DNA of 63,983 nucleotides, filler included, from Pelomyxa schiedti (Eukaryota > Protista > Evosea): assembly GCA_020536535.1 (NCBI GenBank). It is 4 parts of 4 records of this genome, joined end to end, with 100 filler letters (N's around TTAATTAATTAA, not from the genome) between each part and the next. Parts side by side here need not be neighbours in the genome. Positions count along the whole stretch, not along the records: positions 31,996 to 60,768 come from JAHLWZ010001016.1; positions 60,869 to 61,975 come from JAHLWZ010002827.1; 2 more parts are not named here. One strand, 5' to 3'. The position numbers and the translations under genes were made by a program. Under the pieces are notes generated by a model. That model was not told where the DNA came from and did not search any database. It was given only the letters and a program-made list of their open reading frames with translations. This document shows, one piece after another, positions 48,897 to 62,075 of the stretch. Each line of letters opens with the position of its first letter. The first letter of the stretch is position 1.

Positions 48897-51800
48897 TTAA
48901 AACAGTTTGAGTACTTTTTTGGGTTGTCTCCATACGCATAGAATGTTGTCGGTGTTTCCGGCCCAGAATGCAGGAACATCGTTCCACACAAAGGACATTA
49001 GGGTCTTAATGCCGGAACCAGGAGGTAGTATCACTGTCCGATTCGGAGATGTCGATTCTAGTGAGTCTTAGAAAAGGAAGCGAGAAATGAAAAGGGCACA
49101 TACTTCCGGTAGCGGGCCGGGTGGTAGAGTTGGGGCCGTAAGATGGCGCAGGCGGGGGTGTGGGAGTGGCCGTGGAGGTTGTAGGGAACTGGTATTCGTG
49201 TATTTTTTTGAAGTTGCTAGTAGGATCGTAGCATGTTATGGTCCCACCAAAATCGGAGGCGAGTACCAAGTTCTGGAACAAGCATAGCCGTGTTACTTCA
49301 TTGTCATGAACGAGTTTGAGCATTTCCTGTCGGTACTGAGTATGGAAAAAAGGAAGGAAAAAAGATACCTTGCCTTCTGTGCTAATTACAAATATGTACC
49401 GCCCAGAGGAGACTAGCATGTAGTCTCCAATTGGGATCATGCTCGTGACTCGCCACTTTGAGTGCAACTGAACTTCCGTTATAGATACATGTAAGTCGGT
49501 GTTGTTAATAGGTCCGGAGCTTCTTGGGGATTGTATTGTGTCTAGTGGGACTGCGGCATTGGAGGGAACAATGCGGATTAAGTCGTAGCAACCCAGCCAA
49601 ACATTCGGCCCCAATAAAGAGACACTGTTGATAACTTGATCGATTGCAAATCTTCCAGTAACTTTTCCAGTCTTTTTTTTTGCTTGTTTGTTTGGTTATT
49701 TGATGGGAGATACCTCTGCAAAAATGGAAACTTGGGTTGTCACATTTGATGGAGCACAGCTCCAAATCCTTTTTTTTCCTGAAATTATGGTATCGTCCAC
49801 GGCAAGACAGCGAATCATGCTGTGTTCTGCATCATGCACTACAGCTTTTTTTCGTTTCAAAGTCTTGGAATGTAAGATAAGGTATTGGTCATGAGAATAC
49901 CTTGGAGTTGACAATCCACACGGCAGATTCTTCACTGCTAACAAATACTTTATCTTTGAGTTGAACCATTGCATATATTCTCGTTTTATGTATTTTAATA
50001 TTGCTAACAACTTCGAAAGTCTGGGAATCCCAAAGGGAGACTAATCCACCATTGCCCCCAACCTGCATTTTATGTCAGAATCAAGGTAGCAGAAGATTGC
50101 GGACCCAAATTATGCCATCAATAACGATGAGGCACCAGACTCGCCCAACAGGAACTGCAGGAAGGCACGTAGGTTCCAGCGTATATACAAGGTGTGGCTG
50201 CAATTATTTAGTCTCAAGGAGAGGTATAACATCTACCTTTATTGAAACAAAGGACATTGCTGTTGGTTGAATTCTCATTTGATCCAGTTTTGCTCTAAGC
50301 TGCTCCACTTCATTTAATTGAGTGATACTTTCACCTGTCTTGTTTTTTTTTTTTTTTTTTTTTTTTGGGAAGTGTGATTTGGAGACTTGGCGTTTTCAAT
50401 TAAACCTCAGGAACAATAATTTCAGACATAGTGTAATTCTCATCGTCCTCACCAGGCATTGACTCCGCATCAATGGATGGGGCATCACTGTGACTGCTTG
50501 TCTTGGTTGATGCAGATGGGGAAGACACGGATGTCTGTGAACCTAAGTCCCGAACAGTCCTTGGGGAAACAAGTGATGCAGTAATCGGTGGCGTCGTAGA
50601 GTGCACAGACCGGCGTCTAGATTGTGCATCGTGGTGGTGGGATTTATTGTGAGAATGGGAATGTGTGTGGGAAGTAGATAAATTTTCAGATGCCTGATGA
50701 GATGTGGGAGAAGTCTGGCTCGGCTCGGGGTTATTTTTGGAGTGATGAGATGGATGTAAGTTGTGATGAGTATGGCTGTGAGATCTATGATGGCCGTGTG
50801 TATGCTCAGAGGGAGTTCTATGCTGGGACATGGAAAGAAGGGCGTTAGAGGCAGCACCACCCATTCCACGCATAGCCCCCAAAATATCTGCAGTATCGTC
50901 AGCAGGGGCACTTCTTGGAACATCTGACTGTGAGCTGTTTCTCCACTTTCTACAAAAGAGTGAGATTGAAAACCGAAAAAAGGAAATGGACAAACTCAGA
51001 GTTCAAGAGCCTGCAAAGAACCTTGGCTGCTTCTGGGTCTACCTCAATCGTACCGGACTGAAGGTGAGGTGACGTGGAGGGGCTTACATGATCCTCTCGT
51101 GGTACCTCACTTGGAGGTTCGGACCTGGGAGGTGCCGGGGCTGTTTTCGTGTTCGAAATTTTCTTAATTTTTCGTGAAATCGTGTCCCCTTTTGTAAACC
51201 ATGGATGCACAGACAGAGCAGAGGCACTCAGTCTGTCTGTGGGTTCTTTTTGAAGGCACGACGAGAGAAAGTCTTTCAGTTCCTAGTAGAGGTAAGTTAG
51301 GAGACAAAGTCCTAGAAGTGGTTTGTACAGGACTGGCAGAAGCAGGGATGGGAATATCGCTTTGTATAATTTTGAACATGGCCTGCATGTGGTTAAACCT
51401 AGGTTTATGGTTACCAACCATAATTACACAAATTGAACATACTCGTGAAAGGGAGGAACGCCATCCAAAAGTTCAATGGTGGTGATACCCAAACTCCTTT
51501 TCTTATATTGAGTATTCAGTATATTGGAAATAAAGCTACCAAATATCAGAAGCGGGTGTGCAAATTCCTTGGATTACCTCTGGTGCCACTGCAAAAAAAA
51601 TCAGAGGAAAAAAAATCCCCGTTGTCCATACTCCAGTATGGGGACCCAGCTGCCGAAAAATTTTCTTTTTGATCTTCAAGAGCCCTTGAAATACCAAAAT
51701 CGGCTACTTTCACAATTCCTTCCTGATGGGAAGTAAGTGTAAGTCCTAAAAAAAAACTATTTGTTACCTTTACAAGGCAGTTAGATGCCTTAATATCTCT

Positions 51801-52779
51801 ATGGACAATTTCCCTTTCGTGAAGATATTGCAATCCAAGAATAACCTTGGGCTGATGTAAGACGACTTGAATTGCGAAATTCACCACCTGTTTAATGAAG
51901 ACAGAAACAATACCCTCCGACAGTTTTTTGAATTCTTCAAGCAAATTGAGAAGTGTCCCACCTTCTGCATAACTTGTCCCATTAGGAAGGAAAAAAAATA
52001 AGTAAGGAAGAGGTACTCTAAAATGAGGAAGATGTGTCCCTCGAGTTCGTGCATTCCAACAACTTCAATGATGTTTGGATGACTCAACTTTTGCATGAGT
52101 TGTACTTCACGCTACTGATATTAAGAATCACATAAACAGAAATTGATCAAGTGGATACATCAATATCTTCCTTGTTGGATTCCACGTATCTTTTCTTGAA
52201 TTTCTTCACAGCAAACAGTCTTCCTTGTGGGCCCATGGCTCGGAATACAGTGGCACTTGCTCCACGTCCCAATGGTTTTCCCAGAAGCTACAGAGAAGGA
52301 AGAAAGCAAAGAAGGCTCAGCTTACAGGTAAAAATGGATAGTGACGTGGCACCCACAAAAATTCCGAACTCAGTCTCCAATGCCTGACCCTGCGACTTGG
52401 ACTTCGACTTGCTCTTCCCACCACCGCCACCGCCAATGGCAAGTTCACCCGTCGTATCGCCTCCGCCAGAAGGTGAGATCGCCGTTGTTGCAGTAGTAGA
52501 AGTGCCTGCAGGCGATGAAGGCGGCGCGAGTACTCGCGATACGCCCCCTCCCATTGCCGTGGCGTTTGTCAGCGACCCGCCCCCGCCCAAGCCGTTGGCG
52601 GGAGCAACAGCGGGGGTCGAAGGAGGTATCGTAGTGAGCGTGGTTGTGTCCACTATGCCGAAATGGTAGTCCTCTTCCCCGTCGTCCTCTTCGCTGTCGT
52701 CTTCATCATTGTCGTCATCCGTGTCGTCGTTCTTCCTCTTTGTAGCGCCATCTTCGTTCTCGCCGTCGTTTATGTTCAT
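48897..52779 (-). CDS. STE-group (Cdc7/Cdc15/MAP3K-like) Ser/Thr kinase with His/Ser-rich linker and C-terminal WD40-like beta-propeller
   Basis: [43 protein letters not shown] and MQAMFKIIQ; C-terminal beta-repeats (IRCLAV, VWLGC, VTSMI, VTRLCL, FWAGN). Confidence 0.85.
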
Positions 52780-52948
52780 CGTTCGCGGTCGCGTGTGTTC
52801 GTTGCCTTTGTGGTATTTGTTTCTTTTTGTGATCTCGCAGTTTTCACGTTTCGTGCAAATTTCCGGTTGACAGATTCGCAGGGTGTTGCTGCCATGGTTT
52901 TTTTTTTGTGAGACAGAGGGAACCAAGAGTTCAATTGGGGAACTATCC

Positions 52949-54322
52949 TCAGGATTGTTGTGTGGGTGTTATTGTTGACTGTGGTTCAGTTGCACATACT
53001 GGGGACTGGTGAGCCAATTCTGGTTGTTGTGGGACTGGAGGCAGGGTTGTTGTTGGTAGTGATGATGTGGGTGCAACTGTTGCTATTTCTGGTGATTGTG
53101 GTTGTGTGGATGTTGCTGGTGTTGGTGTTGGTGTTGGTGTTGGTGTTGGTGTTGGTGTTGGTGTTGGTGTTGGTGTTGCTGGTGTTGCTGGTGTTGGTGT
53201 TGCTGGTGTTGGTGTTGCTGGTGTTGGTGTTGCTGGTGTTGGTGTTGCTGGTGTTGGTGTTGGTGTTGGTGTTGGTGTTGGTGTGGGACTGGACAGTGTG
53301 GCAGCAGAGGAAGAGGGCTGTTGGCACTGTGATTCAGGTGTCAATGCTGCTGCTGGTTCAGTTGGGGTGATGGGTGTGGTTGGTCCTTGTGTGGTATCAT
53401 CGACGGCGGTTACAGGAGGGCGTTGTGATATCGGGGTGGTTTGAGTGGTACAAGCTGCTGGAGCTTCATTCGGAATTACACCGGATTCGGAGCCCGATTT
53501 GTTGGGCGTTGATGACGTTGTAGTAGTATCTGGAGTGGCGCTGGGTGTGGTAGTTTGTGAGTGTGCCTTTGTGCTTTTTGCGTGGTGATGGTGGTCGTTA
53601 TTGCAACAACAGTCTCCGTCTTCATCGCTGTCATCGAGTTCGCCGTTTTCTTCCAGGCGCCTCAGGAAAGCCTTTCGCTGTCTTAGGGACATCTTTGCCA
53701 GCCGGTCCTCCATAGAGTCGATTTCAGCTTTCTTCTCCTCTTCCGTTTGGAACTCCCTGCGCGAACACATAGGTTATAACAGATGATAGGGAAAAGGAGC
53801 ATACACGACCCTAGCCTCGGGGAGTCCGCACTTGGCACACACGCCACGGTCTTTGGCACATTTGGCACATAGTATGTGATACGCGTGGACAATAGTTTTT
53901 TCATGGCATCCCACGCTGATAGAAGGAGAGATGCACAAATAAATAAAAAATAATAAACAACACAATACAACATATAAAGAAAACATACCATGCTCGCGGC
54001 GCTGACAGGGGCTTGAATTTTCTGTACTTCTTTTTCCACTGTTCCAACATAATAAGTTAGAGCAAAAAAAAAAAAAAAAAAAAGGGGGCGGTGAATAAAT
54101 AAAAAAGATAAGAAACACAATGCTGGTGCGACCAGCGAACACCAAGCAACCCCACAACCCCCCCACCTCTATTTTTTCGTGGCATCGCTTGCACAGGCCC
54201 TCGTTGGGCATGGCTATGATCGCCCGCGTCCTCTTACTGTTCGGGTTGTGCTTGAACTCCGTTTTGTTCTGGTGCCCGTGTAGGTGCTTGTGCGTCCCCG
54301 CTGTCCCCGCCCCCCCTGGCAT
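52949..54322 (-). CDS. C9orf85/DUF2039-like Cys-rich protein with Thr-Pro-rich tail
   Basis: HQNKTEFKHNPNS, GLCKRCHEKIEWKKKYRKFKPL and CHEKTIVHAYHILCAKCAKDRGVCAKC. Confidence 0.85.
53112..53285. repeat. Coding (ACACCA)n / (ACACCAGCA) repeat encoding TP/TPA
   Basis: Directly visible; explains the spurious poly-CW, poly-VL and poly-NT ORFs. Confidence 0.95.
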
Positions 54323-54448
54323 CGTCGTCGCGTGTGTGTCGCACTTGGGCAATCAACAGATATATATTGGTAAAATGCAAGTGACTTGGCGGCCTTGATT
54401 TCGATGAAACGTAATTTCCGTGGCGAGGCGCAGGGTGCCGAGACGAAC

Positions 54449-57400
54449 ATGCAGCATCAGCAGGGCACAACAGGGGCAGCAGCAGACGGAGAGAGAAGTC
54501 CCGTAGTAGAGGACAGCGCGAGGGGGGGAGCGGAGGCGGTGGAGATGGGGCTGGCGGCCGGGCTGTGGACTCACCAGGACCACGCCATCACCCTCGCGCT
54601 GCCGACCCAACCGCAGCAGCAGGAGCAGGAGCAGGAGGGGGCGGACTTGTTCGCGCGATGTGGGTGCAGCACGTGCAGGGAGGGCCCCGGGGGGGCCGAG
54701 GAGGCCGCCACCAGGACGACGAGAGTGAACCTGGTGGAGTGGGTGGTGAGGGTGTTTGGGGACGTGAGGGGGCGCCGGGGCAGGGGGGTCAGCGATGAGG
54801 AGGAGGAGGGCGAGGGGGTGTGGAGCGGACGGGGAGGTGGTTGTGGTTGTGGTGCCATAGGGGTGGTACGCGGGGCGATGGAGTCGAATCCAGTGGGATT
54901 CTGGCGCGAGATACCCGGAATCGTGGAGCGGCTGAGGGGGGAGCTGGCCGAGGATGGCGAGGGTGTTGGCGAGGGTGTTGGTGGTGATGGTGGGGGTGGG
55001 CAGTGGGTTGGGGGTTCCTGTACCGCGCATGGAAGGCAGCTGTTGCTGTTGATCTCCGCTATTGGATTGCTGTGGAATTTCGTTCAGGTATCAGCCCCTA
55101 AGGCGGAAGTGGTCCACTCATGGGAATTTAGGCGAATTGGACTGGACCAGAGGAAGACTGGCACCATTGCCACCTTAGTGAAGCTGAATTAACGGAACTT
55201 CAGTGTGCCAGGGATTCGCTCAGTATTAGCGGGGAATGCCTGCGGCCCCAGGTTTTTTTTCTGTAATCGTATTACATGTGAGCTCACACTCCCCAGGTCC
55301 GCCTCCCGCACTATCTCGCTGCGTGTCGAGCTATCCTTTCCGATCCCGACCTATTTACACACTGTACTACATACTCCTTGTGGTTAGCTCGGTGTTCCAG
55401 CGTTCATCAGCAAGTCCTCAGTGGTATTGCTGATATTCCCAGGAATTCCTGTCTGGAGAATTACCTTGCCGCTGAGAAAATCTTTGTTCCACGGCGCATT
55501 GTTCCTAAAGTTGCAGCTACCGCTACCGCTACAGCTACAGCTACCACATCCACCGTCTCCACGCAATCAACTTCAACACAAGAACAATCAATGCCACGGC
55601 AAGCAGAAATCTCTCCAAAACCATCATCACAAATGCCCTCTACCATTCCAGCTCTGTGCGCCTACAATACACCATCTCGTGTGGCAGCGAGCTTGGCCTG
55701 TATTGTTGCACTTGAGAACTGCCGAGCTTGTACCTACTACCGGCAAAGGAGAAATGCCCGCACTCACTTAAGGAGAACACAAAGGAATGTGGGAGTTGTT
55801 GCGGAACTAGTTGGGGCCATGGGGAAACGCACCAAATTTCAAGAAAAAGATACCCCACTTCTAACACTCCAAGTTGACTTCTCTTCAGCGACTTCTCATT
55901 CTGGCCCCTCAACTCCATACAGTGTCTCCTGGAAGATGCCAGAAGAAAAACGTCTGGAAGATGAGTCCCCGCTTCTTGGTAAGTACTAAAACCTTCTCTT
56001 TTCGTTCTAACAGCTTCATAGAGCATATACAGTACTCCGATCACATTGATGCAACTCTTCTCACACCTTTGGAACAGGTTTTATACTTTTAATATCTTCC
56101 GTATCTATTAGATTATTACCTGTAATACTTTATATAGGCTTACCTGCTGTCCATTGCCAACCTACAACTGGTTTGTCTTCCCAATGACGAATTACGATCA
56201 GAGGAAGTTGTGCCCTATGTTTCGCGGGTTGTCAGAGATCCCGCTGATTGGTCAGTCCAGTTCATGGCTCTGCTACTTAAATCCAGACTCGATAAAACCT
56301 CCCCGAAAACAATTCAGGTACAACCGATGTAACTTGTGCCGGAAACTAAATTCCACAACAGAGATCAGTGGACCAGTTGACTGAACTCATTAATGAGTGG
56401 GAACGCACTGACACACAAACAGTAAGTTGTAAACCAGCCAGTGCATGGAGACGTTTAGGAATGGTGTTCACTGTTCCTATACCTTGTATCTGGGAACTCA
56501 AGAGGGAACTAGGATTGAGACTTATGGATATTGGAGCAGCACAACATGCTCTTAGGGTAGTTATTTCCTTTTGATGTTTGCACCCTAATAAATCTTTTTC
56601 AGCTCTTTGAGGAGTTGCAAATGTGGGAAGAAGTCATTCAGTGCTATATTTCTATGAATGATAAAACCCACGCACAACAAGTTACTGCATCCAAGCTGCA
56701 ACAACTGGAGCGTGAAGGCAAAGGAAAGTCAAGAGAGGTGTGGAACCTGCAGTGCATATTGGGTGACTTGGGCAATGACCCGGCAATGTGGGAGAAGGCC
56801 TGGGCAGATAGCAAGGGGGTGTGTGCTAGAGCCAAGAGGAGCCTTGGAATGTGGTGTTTCGCACAGAAGCGCTGGGTGGAATGTGTGTCACACCTGAGGG
56901 AAGCGCTTGCTGTGAATCCTGTGCATGCCAGGTGTTGGTTTATAATGGGGTGTGCTGCCATGAACTGTGAGGGAGCAGGAGGAATTACCTGGAGGGATGC
57001 CTCCTCAGCGTTTTCTAGATGTGCGGCTATTGATCCAGAGGATGGTGATGCTTGGTGCAACCTTGCTTCTGCATGTGTGAAGGGAGGAAAGTTGATGGAG
57101 GCACACATGGCACTGGGGGAGGGTGTGAAGGTGAAAGAGGGGGATTGGAGAGTGTGGCAGAACAGAATGATTGTTGCGCTTAGAGTAAGGGACTGTGCTG
57201 TTGCTATAAGAGCCATGAAGAAGGTGATTGAGCTCAACCCTAAGCTCCCAGTTGATGTTGAGGTTCTGGGGTTATTATCCCGGGTAGTCATCAATGGACT
57301 TGAAGAATCTTCTTCAAGCTCTGCCACTACTTCCAAGTCTTCATCCTCCACCAATGATGCATCAAGTGATGAAGATGAACCGGAACCCACAGCAGCATCA

Positions 57401-57895
57401 GCCTCTCAGAACCAACACCAAAGGAGTTACGGCAACGCCCTTGAGTTCCTCTTTGAGGACCTTGTGTCAGCCGTTACCCAGTCCTCAGGCTGCGGGCCAG
57501 ATGCCCACGAGATTCTCACACTGCACTATATGTGCCAGTCCAAGTGGGGACCAGCACAGCTCCATGCCCTTGCAGAACTGAGGCTCAGGGAGGGCACATG
57601 GGACACAGATGACACACCAACAAGATGGTCCAAGGTTGCCACTGTTCTGACCAGGCTAGCATCATGTGCTTTGGAACACAGGAAGGCAAAAGGGGGAATA
57701 GAGGAGGAGAACGTCACTGCAACTGCGGAAGAGGGGGAGATGACATCATCAGGCGGTGGGCTGAGTGGGAGCGTGGGGACACGGGTGGCCAGGGGAAAGC
57801 TGCTCGGGTGCCTGAGGCGAGCGAGATTGAGGTTCCCAGCGACGACGTGCCCGAGCACAGTGTCAGTGGAGAAGGCTCTGCTGTCGATCTCTTAG
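54449..57895 (+). CDS. TTC27: TTC27/Emw1-like TPR protein
   Basis: WELKRELGLRLMDIG, LFEELQMWEEVIQCY, CILGDLGNDPAMWEKAW...ARAKRSLG, TPR repeats WFIMGCAAM, DGDAWCNLA and WRVWQN. Confidence 0.85.
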
Positions 57896-58132
57896 CGATA
57901 ACAACCAACATTCTTTCCCCCAATCCTATCTCAGCGTCATTTCCCTCTTATTTAATGTCATTGAACAAGTGAAAACCCTGAGGTTTCTGTAATCACGGAC
58001 AGGATTCCATAGGGCCAGCACGTAGCTCTGGAGGAAGGCCGAGAACTGACTGTTCGGATCTTTGCATTTCGGCCAGCTCTTTGCTGTTCCTTTGGGAAAC
58101 CTCCCCGAGACAGAAGTTTTTTTCCCTCCCCA

Positions 58133-60768
58133 ATGTCATACTGCGCGGGGGGATTGTGGGTGGGTACAGCGGTTACGTCACACAGCGGGCCTGTTGGTTG
58201 TTGCTGGTGCCTGTGCTTCACTGGCCACCCATGCGACGGGGGCGGCGCCCAAGGCGAGAGTGGCACACAGCCACGATTATGGGACACTCCGACCGTTTTT
58301 GGTGCTGCACTTCACTGGGAGGTTTTATATGCATTGTGCGTTTACCATTAATGAGGCAAACAGCGTGGATGGAGATGCAATATTATGTACGGAAAGTGGA
58401 GCAGAAAGTCAGGCACTTTCAATATCACTGAGGAATTTACACTCTTTGAAGTCATTTGTATTCTTCCTAGTCTTATTTTTCAACAGACTCTTGAAGGCTC
58501 GGAGGAAGTCGCTGCTTCATATTCCGGGTTTCTTGCACAAGAGAAGACAACATACTATTTGGATTCTCCGTTGATTGGGACTATTCAATATTCCCGCGGC
58601 CTAATGCATTCTAATGGAAATTCCAAGCCATGCGGTACATTTACACTGCGGCAGGTAGTGCGTGCGGGAAATCCTTTATGTGGCCTTTGGCTTGGTGAAT
58701 GCCTGTTCAGTGATCGACCGGGTTTCAACTCTCCAATTATGTGGGCCCTCTGCCTTGTTTCCAAAATAGATGTCCCATGTGATTCCCATTTTCCTCCTTG
58801 CTTGATTTGACGTTTACAGTGCAGGTACACAGAGAAGTGACCCAACTGAATCTCCCCAACGAATCCCTCCCTTTGGGGGTGGATATTTACTTGCTCCCGA
58901 TGGCCATGTTTCTTTCTACTCTCTGCTGGGAGAAACTATTACAACTGGACAAGAGCAATTAGACTGTCCCGTGAGTATTAAAGCTACGGGAGCTGGCCTC
59001 GATTCTTTGGTATATACTGGGCGGCTAATTCACAAGCAAGAGGGGCAATGGCTAAAAGGAGTATGCTTAAAACTGGGGAGATTGGCCGGGGGAACATTTT
59101 CATGTCTTAAGCAGGAACCGAGCCTCTCCAGTGTGCATGTCTACGTATGTGAGCTATGTGATGAATTAATTGGAGGACCTGTTTTATGGTCTTGTATACA
59201 GTGTTCCCAGTCACAACCGTGGATTTGTTGTCACAAATGTCACACAGCTCTCCAGAGTTCTACAATACGGTCTAATCACTCTAAGTCGCACATACTCATC
59301 CCAAAATGTTCCTATACCTTTGATACAGCAGAAGGCACATCCTCAGTGGCCATTATTTTGGATGCTATTAGAAAGTTTGCCACTAGGCCTTTCATTGGAA
59401 CCAGGCCCTCTGACTCCGGGTACTCCTGGCTTACATACAGTGAAGTTTCACAATTGTGCTGGGATATCACGTGCGGTCTTTATTGCTCTGGGGTAAAAGA
59501 ATCTGACTTTGTCCTTGTGCATCTTGAAATTGGACCTGCGTTTATGGTTTTTGTACTGAGTCTACTGTTGCTTGGATGCACAGTTATTCCTGTGGACATT
59601 GGTGTAGATCAAGCAACTCTGGACTCCATACTAGCGAGGGCTCTTCCTACAGCTTGCTTCTGTTACACTGAGAATAAACTCCTGTTCCTCAGCACATCTT
59701 ACGCCCCTAAATTGGTTCTGTGTACTCCAAGAGAAAGCCTGTCTGGGGGAGAATGTATTTTGGGGGAGTTTACTTCAATAGCAACAGCTGGAAGAGAATA
59801 CGATCAGAGAACCAGTATTATCCAGCATTTGACTCAACAAGGTTCTAGACGGGGTCCAACAGCTCCTGTGGCACTGATATTTACAAGTGGGACATCAGGT
59901 ACTCCTAAAGGGGTACTGTTCACGGAAGAATTTGTAACTCCCAAGAATCCGATTTCTACAGTTCAACCTTTCGTCAGGATCCACTTTCAATCATATGACC
60001 AGTCCTTCATACTCTCACTGCTGTCCTTAATGAAATACGCAGGATGCGTTGCTTTTTCCCGAAATGGTGCCGCATCTGTTTTAGATGACATTCAGTATGC
60101 TAGACCAACTAATGTCGGGGCTCCCCCGGTTTTCTGGAATGCACTCTACAAGGAATTCTGTCTCCAGCTTACCTCTGAAAGTAAAGGTCACCCGGAGGCT
60201 GATCACGCAAGTCTGCAACAAAAAGTGGCTCAACATCTGGCTCACCAGACTGGAAACAGGATAAAGATTGCCACCTCTGGGGGCGCACCTATATCACGGG
60301 AAGTAGTTCAATTCATGAGAGACTTTCTTCATTTACATCTGGAAGACTTATACGGCACATGTGAGACTTCGGGAATAGCCAGTAATGGGATTGTCTACCC
60401 TGGGGTTAAAGTCCAAATCCTGCCTATACCAGGAGAGGAGGCCCAACCCAATTTCGGGGAAATATGTGTGCACTCCCCCCGAATAATCACAGAGTACTGG
60501 AAAGATCCTGAAGGAACAGCCAAATCTTTTACTACCATAGCGGGGAAAGTCTTTTACAGAACCGGGGATGTCGGGTCTGTAGTTACACAGGACGGTATCA
60601 CAAGAATCATTGCTATAGACAGGCTTAGTTCTGGATTCAAGCTCTCAGAAGGGAAATGGGTGCCCACTGGGATATTGGAAACCCTCCTCGAGGAGATACC
60701 TATTGTAGGACAAGCTCTAGTGATTCCCTGCACCGCAAACCTGCACACAGTTGCAGTTATTGTGCCCT
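58133..60768 (+). CDS. Adenylate-forming enzyme (CAR/long-chain acyl-CoA-ligase-like A domain) preceded by a ZZ-like zinc finger and a repeated N-terminal beta-domain; truncated at contig end
   Basis: IFTSGTSGTPKG, SGGAP, YGTCETS, GEICV, FYRTGDVG and IDRLSSGFKLSEGKWV; CELC...WSCIQC...CCHKC...H..SH zinc finger. Confidence 0.85.
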
Positions 60769-60868
60769 NNNNNNNNNNNNNNNNNNNNNNNNNNNNNNNN
60801 NNNNNNNNNNNNTTAATTAATTAANNNNNNNNNNNNNNNNNNNNNNNNNNNNNNNNNNNNNNNNNNNN
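60769..60868. other. Artificial contig linker
   Basis: N44-TTAATTAATTAA-N44. Confidence 0.97.
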
Positions 60869-61369
60869 CTGGTATACGGACTTGTCAGGGGAGCTGCTGT
60901 GCAGAGGGTGTACAACGTGCTGCTGTGAGAACGTGTGAGACAGATTGGTGCACGTGGCCGGACGTCGTCGTTTTCTTGCATCTCTCAAAATCCCTAACAT
61001 CACCCTACCCCCACAATCCCGTGATTTTTGGGAGAGCCACAAAGCAGTAAGGAAGGGTTTCTTTTGGTGTATGTCCTACAGCACACATACCAGAAAAAAG
61101 GAAGAACAAAAAGAACGAGGTAAAAACAGCACATCCCACAATTCAGCTCCACATAAATTTTTGGGATAGAAAAGGCGGCCGTGGGCTTGGGGTTAATTCA
61201 GGGTGGAAGGAACTCGAAAAGAATTGTGTGAGGACTTTTTTTTCTTGGGGGTTGTGGCTAGTTCTGAAGTTTCGGTGGTGTCAGGTCGCAGGCACTGACA
61301 CTTCAATCACCATCACAAAGCTAGTTTAAGTTTTTTCAGGACATTTCGACATCAAAACAAAGAAAATCA

Positions 61370-61975
61370 ATGGACGGTCAGCAACAACACAAAAGGCCAC
61401 ATCGTGGTGCTGCTGATGATGCTTACGACCAGCAACAACCATCAACCACATCGCCGATTTGTCCAAACAACACCCCATCGCGAACGGTACGCCACCATAC
61501 CCCCGTCGGCAAAGTGGTCACCGTGGCGCCATCGACCAGAACCAACACAACCACAACGCCAAAAAGAGGACGGGCGGGCACAGGGGGCACAATCACAGTG
61601 ACAACAACAACGACCACAGACCCACCAGACACGATGGCGGACCAGATGATGTCGTTGGCCATGGCATCGCACCCCCGCTGTGGCTCCCGCTCCTCGCTCT
61701 CGCCTTTGTTGCTGCTGACAACTATGAGTGATACTGCCGGTGGTGGGTGTTGTTGTTGTTGTTGTGAGGGCACTCTGGTGCTCAGGCTGTTGTGGAGGTG
61801 GTTGATGGGAACTGAGAGGTTCTTCTGCGTGTGTTGGGACAGTAAAAAGTACATGTACAGTGGGATGATCACATTCGGTGTCTCCTCGGTGTTGTTGACA
61901 CTGAGCCATGAAGTGAAGTGGTGGGTTTATGATTGGCGTTCCCCACTGTTGGGTGCAAATGACCACCAGTTGGTG
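61370..61975 (+). CDS. Hypothetical protein with SLAMASHPRCGSRS motif, 3' truncated
   Basis: Open frame from an ATG after an A-rich leader to the contig end; the motif resembles the one in the genes at 549-2654. Confidence 0.55.
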
Positions 61976-62075
61976 NNNNNNNNNNNNNNNNNNNNNNNNN
62001 NNNNNNNNNNNNNNNNNNNTTAATTAATTAANNNNNNNNNNNNNNNNNNNNNNNNNNNNNNNNNNNNNNNNNNNN
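61976..62075. other. Artificial contig linker
   Basis: N44-TTAATTAATTAA-N44. Confidence 0.97.

Noticed and set aside
52960-53444. Poly-CW, poly-VL, poly-GV and poly-NT ORFs
   Set aside because: Alternative frames of the Thr-Pro coding repeat.
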